Positions 30,609-39,598 are shown, counted from the stretch's first letter. The stretch: 42,971 nucleotides of DNA from an uncultured Erysipelotrichaceae bacterium (GCA_902797265.1 CADBSF010000045.1:1-42971), one strand, 5' to 3'. The notes: generated by a model from the letters alone, not told the origin. A program made the numbers and translations.

Positions 30609-31295
30609 ATGAATGAGATAGAAAAAATCTATAAAGAAAATAATCTTCTAGTTAGAGCAATGAATATGCCTTCACTAGGTAGAAATAATAATGAAATAGT
30701 ATATGATTGTACTATTTGGACAAATGAATTTTCTTTTATGAAAAATGAATCTTTTTCTAGTGTTTCTACGACATTAATTATTTCTAATATAGGGATATCT
30801 ACCTATAAAAATATGGGTTATTTAATTGATTCTTCTAAGGCTAATTGTTTTCATATATCGAAAACAGATAGTTCTAGTTCTGGAAATAGATTAGAAGGAA
30901 ATTTTCTTGCTGGTAATCAAGATTTTCAATCAATTGCTGAATTAGCAAATTTTATTATAGAAAATAATTGGAGAGAAATGAATGAAGTTAATGCAGACTT
31001 ATCTTTAAATTCAGTAGTTGGTTTATTTATCAATAAATGTTTCAATCAAGAAAAACTACTAGAAAGAATTCTTATTGCTCAAAAATGCTTAGAAGATATG
31101 TTGGAGATTAAATATCCTATCTATTTATATGATAGTGATAAAGGAACCTTAGAAAAAATAGAATTATCAAAAGAAATTGAAGAGGAAATGATTAATCATA
31201 TGAGAACTACTCAAATGTTTTATTGGCCTGATGAATGTGAATTTCCTATCATAAAAGATATAGGAAATGAAAAAAATAAGTTAACTTTGAAATAA
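30609..31295 (+). CDS. Hypothetical protein (possible ADP-ribosyltransferase-like fold)
   Basis: 228-aa ORF with RBS aaggaa; LLVRA / SVSTTL / MNEV motifs; the fold call is speculative. Confidence 0.7.
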   Translation: MNEIEKIYKENNLLVRAMNMPSLGRNNNEIVYDCTIWTNEFSFMKNESFSSVSTTLIISNIGISTYKNMGYLIDSSKANCFHISKTDSSSSGNRLEGNFLAGNQDFQSIAELANFIIENNWREMNEVNADLSLNSVVGLFINKCFNQEKLLERILIAQKCLEDMLEIKYPIYLYDSDKGTLEKIELSKEIEEEMINHMRTTQMFYWPDECEFPIIKDIGNEKNKLTLK

Positions 31296-31339
31296 TGTGA
31301 TATAATAACAATAGATTAATGAGAAAGAGGAGAAGAAAC

Positions 31340-31846
31340 ATGAAAAAGAAATTATTAATAGTAAGTCTAGTTACTGTATCTATTTTGATGAGTACTGGAT
31401 GTAATAATAATCAAACTAAAAAATACACTTGTAAAAATAATGATTCATCAGATGGAATCCGTTATTTAACTACTTATACGATTGAATTAAATAATAAAAA
31501 GGAACCAATTAAATATATTTTAAAAGATGGATTTGGAAATTATAAGGACAATGAGGAAGCTTATAAAAAATTTTGTGAAGGATTAAAAAAAGCAGAAGAG
31601 AATAATAAAACTAAATATAGTAAAGAGGATTTAACTTATACAGTTACTTGTGATGATAAAAAGAAGGAAGCTTATTATATAGTTACTTATAATCTTTCTA
31701 ATATTAAAGATAAGACTGAATTTAGAAATATTAATACAGAAATAGAAAAATATACTAAAAAAGATGGTACATTTGATTTAGATGCTTGGAAAGAATATTT
31801 TAATACTAGTGAATCAAAAAAAGGACATTATGATTGTGATTTTTAA
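31340..31846 (+). CDS. Cys-containing lipoprotein (paralog of 14890..15378)
   Basis: Start likely 31340 (RBS gaggag); lipobox MSTGC; ends YDCDF. Confidence 0.78.
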   Translation: MKKKLLIVSLVTVSILMSTGCNNNQTKKYTCKNNDSSDGIRYLTTYTIELNNKKEPIKYILKDGFGNYKDNEEAYKKFCEGLKKAEENNKTKYSKEDLTYTVTCDDKKKEAYYIVTYNLSNIKDKTEFRNINTEIEKYTKKDGTFDLDAWKEYFNTSESKKGHYDCDF

Positions 31847-31878
31847 TTGTTATTAAATGAATAAAGGGAGAATTATTT

Positions 31879-32622
31879 ATGGATAAGAAAAAGACAAAAA
31901 ACAATAAAAATATAAAGAAAAATATAAGTAGTAAAAATATTAAGAACACTTTCAAATTATTTATAATATTGCTATTGCTAGGGATTTTCCTTATTATTGT
32001 AGGATTCTTAATGAGAGGTAAAATAGATTATAACGCAGTTTATAAAAAAGGAAATATAACAATTAAAACTTATTTAAAAGAAAAAATAATATATTATAAA
32101 GTAGAAGGTAATGGTATTTTTGTAAAAGGAGAATCTATATTAGAAGACAATAAAGTAGCATTAAAAATGATATCTGGAAATACATACTTAATCTTTAAAG
32201 AAGAAAGGATTGTTATCAAAACAGATTCTATTACTCTAAAGTCTGGAAGTTATAAAAAGACAGATGAGTATAATAAGAAAGAATTTATTCAAGATTTCAC
32301 TGGAGAACAAACGTTTTTAAAATCAGATTTTAATGGAATCTATAAAAATGATGAAAAAACTATTTACGGATACCAAAAAACGAAAAATTCAATAAGAATT
32401 CGCTTTACCTATAATAATTTATTAGCGGATTTAGTATTAGAAAAAAAAGAAGATGAAACCTATTATTTAAAACTATATGATGATGAATATACATTAAAAA
32501 TATTAAATAATTCTATGACATTATCAATAAACACAAAAGATTCATATTTAAAAGAATACGAAGATACTTATCAAAAAGAAGATATTATTGATGAAGAATC
32601 AATTGTAAATTATTTTAACTAA
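31879..32622 (+). CDS. Membrane-anchored hypothetical protein
   Basis: Lys/Asn-rich N-terminus, single TM, beta-rich repeats (GSYKK, GIYKN, DTYQK). Confidence 0.75.
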   Translation: MDKKKTKNNKNIKKNISSKNIKNTFKLFIILLLLGIFLIIVGFLMRGKIDYNAVYKKGNITIKTYLKEKIIYYKVEGNGIFVKGESILEDNKVALKMISGNTYLIFKEERIVIKTDSITLKSGSYKKTDEYNKKEFIQDFTGEQTFLKSDFNGIYKNDEKTIYGYQKTKNSIRIRFTYNNLLADLVLEKKEDETYYLKLYDDEYTLKILNNSMTLSINTKDSYLKEYEDTYQKEDIIDEESIVNYFN

Positions 32623-32638
32623 AGCAATAAAGACTAAG

Positions 32639-32666
32639 AAACACTTTTATAAGAAAGTGTTTTTTT
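32639..32666 (+). terminator. Intrinsic terminator
   Basis: aaacacttt-tataag-aaagtgttt plus T tract. Confidence 0.7.
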
Positions 32667-32706
32667 CTATTAAATAAATGATATAATAAGAGAAATGGAG
32701 GAGTTT

Positions 32707-33651
32707 ATGAAATCTTTATTAGCGATCATTATTCCTTGTTATAATGCCAAAAATACTTTATTTACTACCTTAAGTTCTATTAGTATTCAAGAGAATATTA
32801 GTAACTTTAAAGTATATTTAATTAATGATAAATCTGATTATGATTATCAAGAAGAAGTTACTATCTTTCAAGAACACTTTCCGATTGAAGAAATTCAATT
32901 AGATAAGAATTTAGGTCCTGGTGGAGCTAGAAGAGAAGGAATTTTAAAAACAAAAGAACCATATATCATGTTTATTGATAGTGATGATGTATTATATGAT
33001 GTATTTTCATTAAAAAATCTATATGAAAATATAAAAAATTATGATTTATGTATATCGAGTTTCTTATTAGAAAGAGATCATGTTAGAGTAATCAAAAAAT
33101 ATAATACAATATGGTTACATGGAAAAATATATAAACGAGAATTTTTAGAGAAATATCATATTAATTTTAATTGTACTCGTGCTAATGAAGATAATGGATT
33201 TAATCGTTTAATTCTATTATGTAAGCCTAAAATTCATTTTATAGATAATATTACTTATGTTTATAAGGATAATAAAAATTCCATTACGAGAAAAAATAAC
33301 AGAAGTTATAAAATATTTGGTTTAGAAGGATTTGTTGATAATATGATATGGGCTTTGGAAGAAGCTTTAAAAAGAGGAATTGATTCTTCTTTTATACCAC
33401 AATTAGTAACGGGAGTTTTAGTATCTATGTATTATGATTATTTATTATATAGTGATTTAGAAGAGAGTATTTATATTATTCAATATAGTAAAAAAATATA
33501 TCCTTATTATTTAAAATATCCAAAGATTTCTAAAAATGATTTAGAAAATACATTTAAATATAAAGAACAAGTATTCATAGAAGAAAATAAAAACTATGAT
33601 AAAAAGATTTCTTTTGATGAATTTTTAAGAAAGGTTGAAGACTATGATTGA
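32707..33651 (+). CDS. Glycosyltransferase family 2
   Basis: IIIPCYN, INDKS, MFIDSDD, ED; start 32707 fits RBS ggagga (32695 is the alternative). Confidence 0.9.
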   Translation: MKSLLAIIIPCYNAKNTLFTTLSSISIQENISNFKVYLINDKSDYDYQEEVTIFQEHFPIEEIQLDKNLGPGGARREGILKTKEPYIMFIDSDDVLYDVFSLKNLYENIKNYDLCISSFLLERDHVRVIKKYNTIWLHGKIYKREFLEKYHINFNCTRANEDNGFNRLILLCKPKIHFIDNITYVYKDNKNSITRKNNRSYKIFGLEGFVDNMIWALEEALKRGIDSSFIPQLVTGVLVSMYYDYLLYSDLEESIYIIQYSKKIYPYYLKYPKISKNDLENTFKYKEQVFIEENKNYDKKISFDEFLRKVEDYD

Positions 33652-34435
33652 TATCATTATACCTTGTTATAATTCTCATACTACCATTGAAAAAACTTTA
33701 AATAGTATTATAATTCAAAGCATGAAAGATAAAATTCATGTACTAATAGTAGATGATCATTCCAATCATAATTATGATTCTATATTAGCTAAATATCAAA
33801 AATATCTTCCTATTAATCAAATCTCTCTAGAATTAAACAGTGGTTCTGGGATTGCTAGAGAAAAGGGAATAGAAATAACAAATAATAAATATATCATATT
33901 TTTAGATAGTGATGATACATTTTATGATGTAGATGCGGTAAAAAATTTATATGATAAAATAGAAGAAGGATATGATGTGGTAACTTCTCAAGAATTCGAT
34001 CAAAGAATTGGTCTATTTTTATATCAAAACGGAAACTTACATGGAAAGATATATGGTAGAAGTTATTTAGAAAAAAATGATATTCATTTTAATATTTCGA
34101 GATTTCATGAAGATAATTACTTTCATAATTATGTTAGAATAAGTGGAGCTAATATAACATCTATTTCTGATACTACTTATTTTTATTCTAATAATAAGAA
34201 TTCAATCACTCAAAAGAATTATGATTCTATGAAAAATATGGATTTATATTTATCAAATCTGAAAGAACTTCTTTTAATTGCAGAAGATAGAAATTATGAT
34301 AAAGATATAGTAAGACTATATTTAGAAGAAAAACAAAGATATTTAAATAATACTTATCATAAACTACAAGAGGAAGAAAAAGATTCTTTATTAGAATTAC
34401 TAAAAAAATATAATTTAGAGTTTATTATAGATTAA
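33644..34435 (+). CDS. Glycosyltransferase family 2 (tandem paralog)
   Basis: IIIPCYN, VDDHS, FLDSDD, LHGKIY, ED; ATG overlaps upstream stop. Confidence 0.9.
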   Translation: MIDIIIPCYNSHTTIEKTLNSIIIQSMKDKIHVLIVDDHSNHNYDSILAKYQKYLPINQISLELNSGSGIAREKGIEITNNKYIIFLDSDDTFYDVDAVKNLYDKIEEGYDVVTSQEFDQRIGLFLYQNGNLHGKIYGRSYLEKNDIHFNISRFHEDNYFHNYVRISGANITSISDTTYFYSNNKNSITQKNYDSMKNMDLYLSNLKELLLIAEDRNYDKDIVRLYLEEKQRYLNNTYHKLQEEEKDSLLELLKKYNLEFIID

Positions 34436-34457
34436 ATAGAAAATAAAGGAGGTATTT

Positions 34458-35300
34458 ATGTTAGGAGATAGAGATATTCAGAATATAATGGCAGGAGGAA
34501 GACATGAGTCTCAAATAGAGGGATTGAATGAAGAAATTCAATCAAAAAACATTGTAAGTTTTTCCTATACAGGAACAGATTTTTATGTAGGAGCAAAGCG
34601 AGAAAAGAATAAAGTAAAAATTATTTGTAATGGTGGAGGAAAATATAATAGAAGAGATGGTAGTTTATTTTCTATTGTCTATGAAACAGAAGATGATTCT
34701 ATTTTTCCTCTTTTGCAACAAGTAATCGATGAAAATCATGAGACAAGAGGAAATGGTCATTGTGTTCATGTAGATGGACTTCCTGGAGGTATAGGAGATC
34801 GATTAGAAGTAGAATATGAATCGGGAGAAAAAATATATAAAAGTTCCAATCAATTTCAAACTGTGATGTTTGAGTCTTCTAAAAAATTCTATGAACTATT
34901 TCATGAATTTGTACTAAAAGAAGGATATGATTTTACAACAGCTGGATCTAATGTAAAATTATTTGATGATGCAGACTATGAATATCTACAAGGAACATGG
35001 AAAGGAACTAGTTTTGGAAGAGAGATTGTTGTTACTTTTACGGGAAATAAGGTAACAATAACGGTAGACGAAACAATAACAGATGAGAATGTAGAATATA
35101 CTATATTTCAAGGGTCAGTTGTTTCAAATCAATTAATAGAAGGAAAAGAAAAAGCAGAATCTTATCATGATTATGAATTGTTCAAAGGGGTATCTACTTT
35201 TTCAAAAAAGAATTGGTTTACTATGACTGGATATCATTTAGGTGATTCTTATTCCTCTTTTGATTTACATAATTTTGATAAAAAGAAGGAAGAAGAATAA
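34458..35300 (+). CDS. Hypothetical protein
   Basis: 280-aa ORF with strong RBS aaggagg. Confidence 0.8.
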   Translation: MLGDRDIQNIMAGGRHESQIEGLNEEIQSKNIVSFSYTGTDFYVGAKREKNKVKIICNGGGKYNRRDGSLFSIVYETEDDSIFPLLQQVIDENHETRGNGHCVHVDGLPGGIGDRLEVEYESGEKIYKSSNQFQTVMFESSKKFYELFHEFVLKEGYDFTTAGSNVKLFDDADYEYLQGTWKGTSFGREIVVTFTGNKVTITVDETITDENVEYTIFQGSVVSNQLIEGKEKAESYHDYELFKGVSTFSKKNWFTMTGYHLGDSYSSFDLHNFDKKKEEE

Positions 35301-35360
35301 ATATCATATTTTTTGAAAATGAATTTACGAGAACTTTAAATAATGATATAATAAGTTAGA

Positions 35361-37550
35361 GTGGTTATGAAAAAGAATAGTGTGATTAAAAAATTAAATT
35401 TGATAAGAGTAATATCTTGTTTAGCTGTATTATTTTATCATGTTGGTTTATTAAAAGGTGGATATCTTGCTGTATGTACCTTTTTTGTGTTGACAGGTTA
35501 TTTAGCAATCTTATCAAATCATAAGAAAGAAAATTTTTCCTTAAAAGACTATTATCTAAAAAGAATTAAAAAAATCTATTTACCTTTAATTATCGTTCTT
35601 TTTACAACAATAGGAGTATTAACAATTTTACCAAAAATCGAATATTTAAACTATAAACAAGAAGTATTATCCATATTAGGAGGATATAATAATTTTTGGC
35701 AATTAAATGCAAAATTAGATTATTTTGTAAGATATATTTCTTCTCCTTTTATGCATTTATGGTATATTGCCATTATCTTACAGTTCGAATTGTTTTTTCC
35801 AATTATTTATCTTCTTTTTCATAAAATGGAAAGAAAAGTACATAGAACTCTTCCTATCGTTGTAACATTTATGATTAGTGTTATTAGTTATATCGGTTTT
35901 TATAAATTAGTCGGAAGTAATCAATTAATGACTGCATATTATCATACTTTAACTAGATTATTTTCTTTATTTTTAGGGATGTTTATAGGATTGATTCATA
36001 CTTCTTATAAGCCATTTATTATCAAGAGTGAAATACTAGGAAACCTTCTATTCTATATTTATTTAGGAATACTTTTTGTTTTCTTTATTATAATTGACTT
36101 TCAATCTAGTTTCTTTCCTATTAGTATGTTACTTGTAACTATAATTTCTATGAGAATGATATCTTATAGTAGAATAGAAAAGAAAGAAACTTCTACTTTT
36201 GATATTCTAATCAATGAAATATCTAAGATTAGTTATGAAATCTATTTAGTACAATATCCTGTTATCTTCATTTTTCAAAATACTAAATCTATTCTTAAAA
36301 TACCTAGTATTATTGTAGTTACTTTTATTCTTTCTATTATTCTTCATAGAGTTTTTCATAAAACAAAGAAAAATAAAATCATTCAAATTCTATTATGTTT
36401 GATGCTTGTACTTACTACTATATATGGAGGAATCCAATTTATTATTAGTAAAGATAATACAAAAGAAATGAAACAATTAGAAAAAGACTTAGAAAATAAT
36501 CGATTAATTATTGAAAAAAGACAAGAAGAATTTATGAAAAGACAGCAGCAAGAACAAGATGATTGGGAATCTGTATTAAAAGATATAGAAAACAACGAAA
36601 AAGATTTGGAAAATACCGTTAGGAATTTAAATATTGTTGGTATTGGAGATTCCATTATGGAACTGGCAGTCAATGATTTGATTAAAGAATTTCCAAATGG
36701 ATATTTTGATGCAAAAACAAATAGAAGACCTAGTCAAGTAAATGCTTTATTAGAAGAGTTGAAAAGTAAAAATTTACTAAGTAATGTTATTTTATTTAAT
36801 GTAGGAACTAACGGAGAATTTTATCAAAAATATACGGATCAAATCATGGAAACTTTGGGTGATCGAATGGTATTTTGGGTAAATGCAACAAATGCAGATT
36901 ATGATGATTTTAATGATCGTTTATATGCTCTTAAAGAAAAATATTCCAATATTCATATTATTGATTGGGTGAGTGTTGCGAATGCTCATCCAGAGTATTT
37001 GATTTCTGATAAAGTTCATCCTACTGTTTATGGATGTAAAATCTATGCTCAAACGATATTTCAAGCTATTTTAAAAGATTATCAGGATGAATTAGAACGT
37101 CAAAAAGAAATCAAATTAAAAGAACATCAACAAGAAGAAGAAAAGAAGATAACTTTTATTGGAAATGATTTATTACTAGGACTTTATGAATATATGGAAG
37201 AAGATTACCCTAATGCGAAATTTATGATTGATTCTAATTTTTCTTATCAATCATTAAAGAATAAAATGAAAGAGGAAAAAATGAATCATAATCTTGTATT
37301 TGTATTTGATAAAAAGGCTGACTTAACGAGTGAAGATTATTTAAAATTATTAGAATCTTATCAAGACTATAATATTTTTATTATTGATTTAGATAATCGA
37401 ATTAAAATTAAGGAATCTAATATTAAAATTATTTCAATAAAAGAAGTCATTTTAAATGATAAAGATAATACAATTGATGGAATTCATTTAACAGAAAAGG
37501 GAAATCAACTTTTGAAAAAAATAATGAAAGAAGAAATTCCTGGAGAATAA
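35361..37550 (+). CDS. OatA-like acyltransferase-3/SGNH protein with a second degenerate SGNH domain
   Basis: FFVLTGYL, RIKKIY, HLWY, SYEIYL; SGNH GDS..GTN..DKVH; second domain FIGND..DGIH. Start may be 35367. Confidence 0.88.
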   Translation: MVMKKNSVIKKLNLIRVISCLAVLFYHVGLLKGGYLAVCTFFVLTGYLAILSNHKKENFSLKDYYLKRIKKIYLPLIIVLFTTIGVLTILPKIEYLNYKQEVLSILGGYNNFWQLNAKLDYFVRYISSPFMHLWYIAIILQFELFFPIIYLLFHKMERKVHRTLPIVVTFMISVISYIGFYKLVGSNQLMTAYYHTLTRLFSLFLGMFIGLIHTSYKPFIIKSEILGNLLFYIYLGILFVFFIIIDFQSSFFPISMLLVTIISMRMISYSRIEKKETSTFDILINEISKISYEIYLVQYPVIFIFQNTKSILKIPSIIVVTFILSIILHRVFHKTKKNKIIQILLCLMLVLTTIYGGIQFIISKDNTKEMKQLEKDLENNRLIIEKRQEEFMKRQQQEQDDWESVLKDIENNEKDLENTVRNLNIVGIGDSIMELAVNDLIKEFPNGYFDAKTNRRPSQVNALLEELKSKNLLSNVILFNVGTNGEFYQKYTDQIMETLGDRMVFWVNATNADYDDFNDRLYALKEKYSNIHIIDWVSVANAHPEYLISDKVHPTVYGCKIYAQTIFQAILKDYQDELERQKEIKLKEHQQEEEKKITFIGNDLLLGLYEYMEEDYPNAKFMIDSNFSYQSLKNKMKEEKMNHNLVFVFDKKADLTSEDYLKLLESYQDYNIFIIDLDNRIKIKESNIKIISIKEVILNDKDNTIDGIHLTEKGNQLLKKIMKEEIPGE

Positions 37551-37555
37551 TTATA

Positions 37556-37580
37556 TGATATAATAAATAAGTAAGGAGGG
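37556..37580 (+). promoter_or_regulatory. Extended -10 promoter and RBS of the Cys-rich peptide gene
   Basis: TGATATAAT 37556-37564; AAGGAGG 37573-37579. Confidence 0.8.
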
Positions 37581-37586
37581 ATAATA

Positions 37587-37736
37587 ATGGAAGAAAAGAA
37601 ATGTAATTGTGGACCAGACTGTACTTGTGGATGTCAGGAAGGAAAAGAATGTACTTGTCAAGATGAAAGTTGTATATGTGGTAATGAGTCAGAAAAGTGT
37701 GAAGACAATTGTACATGTGGATGTCATAATCAATAA
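37587..37736 (+). CDS. Metallothionein-like 49-aa Cys-rich protein (not in ORF track)
   Basis: MEEKKCNCGPDCTCGCQEGKECTCQDESCICGNESEKCEDNCTCGCHNQ; 13 Cys, no aromatic residues; own promoter, RBS and terminator. Confidence 0.85.
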   Translation: MEEKKCNCGPDCTCGCQEGKECTCQDESCICGNESEKCEDNCTCGCHNQ

Positions 37737-37737
37737 G

Positions 37738-37762
37738 AAAAGCAGAATTTATCTGCTTTTTT
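37738..37762 (+). terminator. Intrinsic terminator
   Basis: aaaagcaga-attta-tctgctttt plus T. Confidence 0.8.
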
Positions 37763-37853
37763 CATGGAGAAAAAAATTGAAAAAAGAAGAAAAATCTATA
37801 TTGTTTAAAAAAGATAACCATGTTATAATGGTAAATAGTAGGAGGAGATTGAG

Positions 37854-38270
37854 ATGAGTAAAAAAGTAGTTTTTCTATTAATTGCTATTGTATGTATTTT
37901 ATTAGCTGGATGCGCAATTTTCTCTTATGATATAGGAAAAATTCCTATTAATAAAACAGATTTTATGATTGGTCGCTGGAAATATGTCAGACAAATTACA
38001 AAAAAAGATAAAGAAGGATATATAAAAGATGCAATCATGGAAATAGATGAGAATGGAAATTGTACCTATTATGGAAAATATACAACTAATCCTGATGGTA
38101 CTGGAACAGAATTAGATTTTAATTATAGTGGGAAATGTTACTTTAATAGGATTCAAACGAAAATTAAAATGGAAAATGATAAAGCTATTATTTTAGATTG
38201 GGTAACTTATCAAAGAAGAAAAAATACAATTGTTATTGGAAATGTAGAATATTATAAAGAAAAAAAATAA
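37854..38270 (+). CDS. Probable lipoprotein, lipocalin-like
   Basis: LLAGC lipobox; MIGRWKY (GxW) motif. Confidence 0.65.
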   Translation: MSKKVVFLLIAIVCILLAGCAIFSYDIGKIPINKTDFMIGRWKYVRQITKKDKEGYIKDAIMEIDENGNCTYYGKYTTNPDGTGTELDFNYSGKCYFNRIQTKIKMENDKAIILDWVTYQRRKNTIVIGNVEYYKEKK

Positions 38271-38283
38271 AAGGATTTGTATT

Positions 38284-38640
38284 ATGAAAAGAAAAGTAAT
38301 TATGATTCTATTAGGAATCTTTCTTTGTTTGATTTGCTTATTTCTATTTCTTATTGTAACGAATAAGACTTTTTTGAAAACTGTTTATATTGGTAAGCAA
38401 AATCAAGAAATATTTATTCCTAGATTTTCTTATTTTCAAAAAGAATGTTGTTTTACGGCTGCTACATTCTTTTCGTTGAAATCTAAAAAACAATTACAAA
38501 AAGAAATAGATAACTATCTAAAAGAATTTACTTTTTTTGAGAATAATGAAACTTATGGATATCAAAAAGGAGATTTATTTATTCAAAAATATGAAATAGA
38601 AGAGTATGTTTTTTATCGAAAGATAATTATAACTTATTAA
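38284..38640 (+). CDS. Membrane-anchored hypothetical protein
   Basis: N-terminal TM, 118 aa. Confidence 0.7.
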   Translation: MKRKVIMILLGIFLCLICLFLFLIVTNKTFLKTVYIGKQNQEIFIPRFSYFQKECCFTAATFFSLKSKKQLQKEIDNYLKEFTFFENNETYGYQKGDLFIQKYEIEEYVFYRKIIITY

Positions 38641-38714
38641 AGGGTTACATTTGTAATCTTTTTTTCTTTGAAATTCATTCTTATGATATAATAGAAATAA
38701 AGACAGGTGATAGA

Positions 38715-39590
38715 ATGAATCAAACGATACTGGAAGTAAAACATTTAAAAAAATACTATGGAGATAAATTAGGAATAGAGGATGTTTCTTTTTTCCTAAA
38801 AGAAGGCGAAATCTATGGTTTTATAGGACCTAATGGTGCTGGTAAATCAACTACGATTCGTACGATTATGGGGCTTATTCAAAAAACAAAAGGAGAGATT
38901 CTTTTCCTAGGAGAACCATGGACTCAAAATGAAGGACTAAGAAAAGAAAAAATAGGCTATCTTCCTAGTGAAATTCATTTATATGATTCTATGACAGTAA
39001 AAGAAATACTAGATTATCATGAATCCTTTTATAAAAAAGATATTCATAAGAATAGAGAGATGCTTACTAAAAAATTAAAAGTACCAGAAACTAAAAGGAT
39101 TGAAGATTTATCTTTAGGAAATTTAAAAAAAGTTGGAATTATTTTAGCTTTGATGCATGAACCTGAATTAATTATTGTAGATGAACCAACTAGTGGATTG
39201 GATCCTTTAATGCAACAAGTTTTTCATAATTTATTAGTAGAAGAAAAAGAAAAAGGAGCTACTATTTTATATTCTTCTCATGATTTAAATGAAATATCTA
39301 ATATTTCAGATAGAATAGGTTTCATAAAAGATGGGAAAATAATCAAAGAAGATACGATGGATAATATTAAAAAAGATAATTATACCTATTTAACCATTCA
39401 ATCAGAAGATATTCAAAATATCAAGAAAGAATTTGATTTGAAGATTATTAAAGAAGATAATAATACAATTAAATATCTTAATAATATGGATTATAATCTG
39501 ATTATTAAAAAATTAGTAAAGTATAAGATAGAGAAATTATTAATTGAACAAATTAGTTTAGAAGAACTATTTTCTAAATATTATAAGTAG
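38715..39590 (+). CDS. ABC-2 type transporter ATP-binding protein
   Basis: GPNGAGKST, LSLGNLKK, VDEPTSGLDP, SSH. Confidence 0.93.
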   Translation: MNQTILEVKHLKKYYGDKLGIEDVSFFLKEGEIYGFIGPNGAGKSTTIRTIMGLIQKTKGEILFLGEPWTQNEGLRKEKIGYLPSEIHLYDSMTVKEILDYHESFYKKDIHKNREMLTKKLKVPETKRIEDLSLGNLKKVGIILALMHEPELIIVDEPTSGLDPLMQQVFHNLLVEEKEKGATILYSSHDLNEISNISDRIGFIKDGKIIKEDTMDNIKKDNYTYLTIQSEDIQNIKKEFDLKIIKEDNNTIKYLNNMDYNLIIKKLVKYKIEKLLIEQISLEELFSKYYK

Positions 39591-39598
39591 GTGTTATT

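Noticed and set aside
1211-36673. All short minus-strand ORFs in the track
   Set aside because: They lie antisense to well-supported genes and show the F/L/S/I-rich composition expected of reverse-complement shadows.
37609-37857. 82-aa + strand ORF (and 37447..37716 minus ORF) from the ORF track
   Set aside because: Shadows of the Cys-rich gene: no RBS, and the + ORF runs through a terminator and the next promoter.
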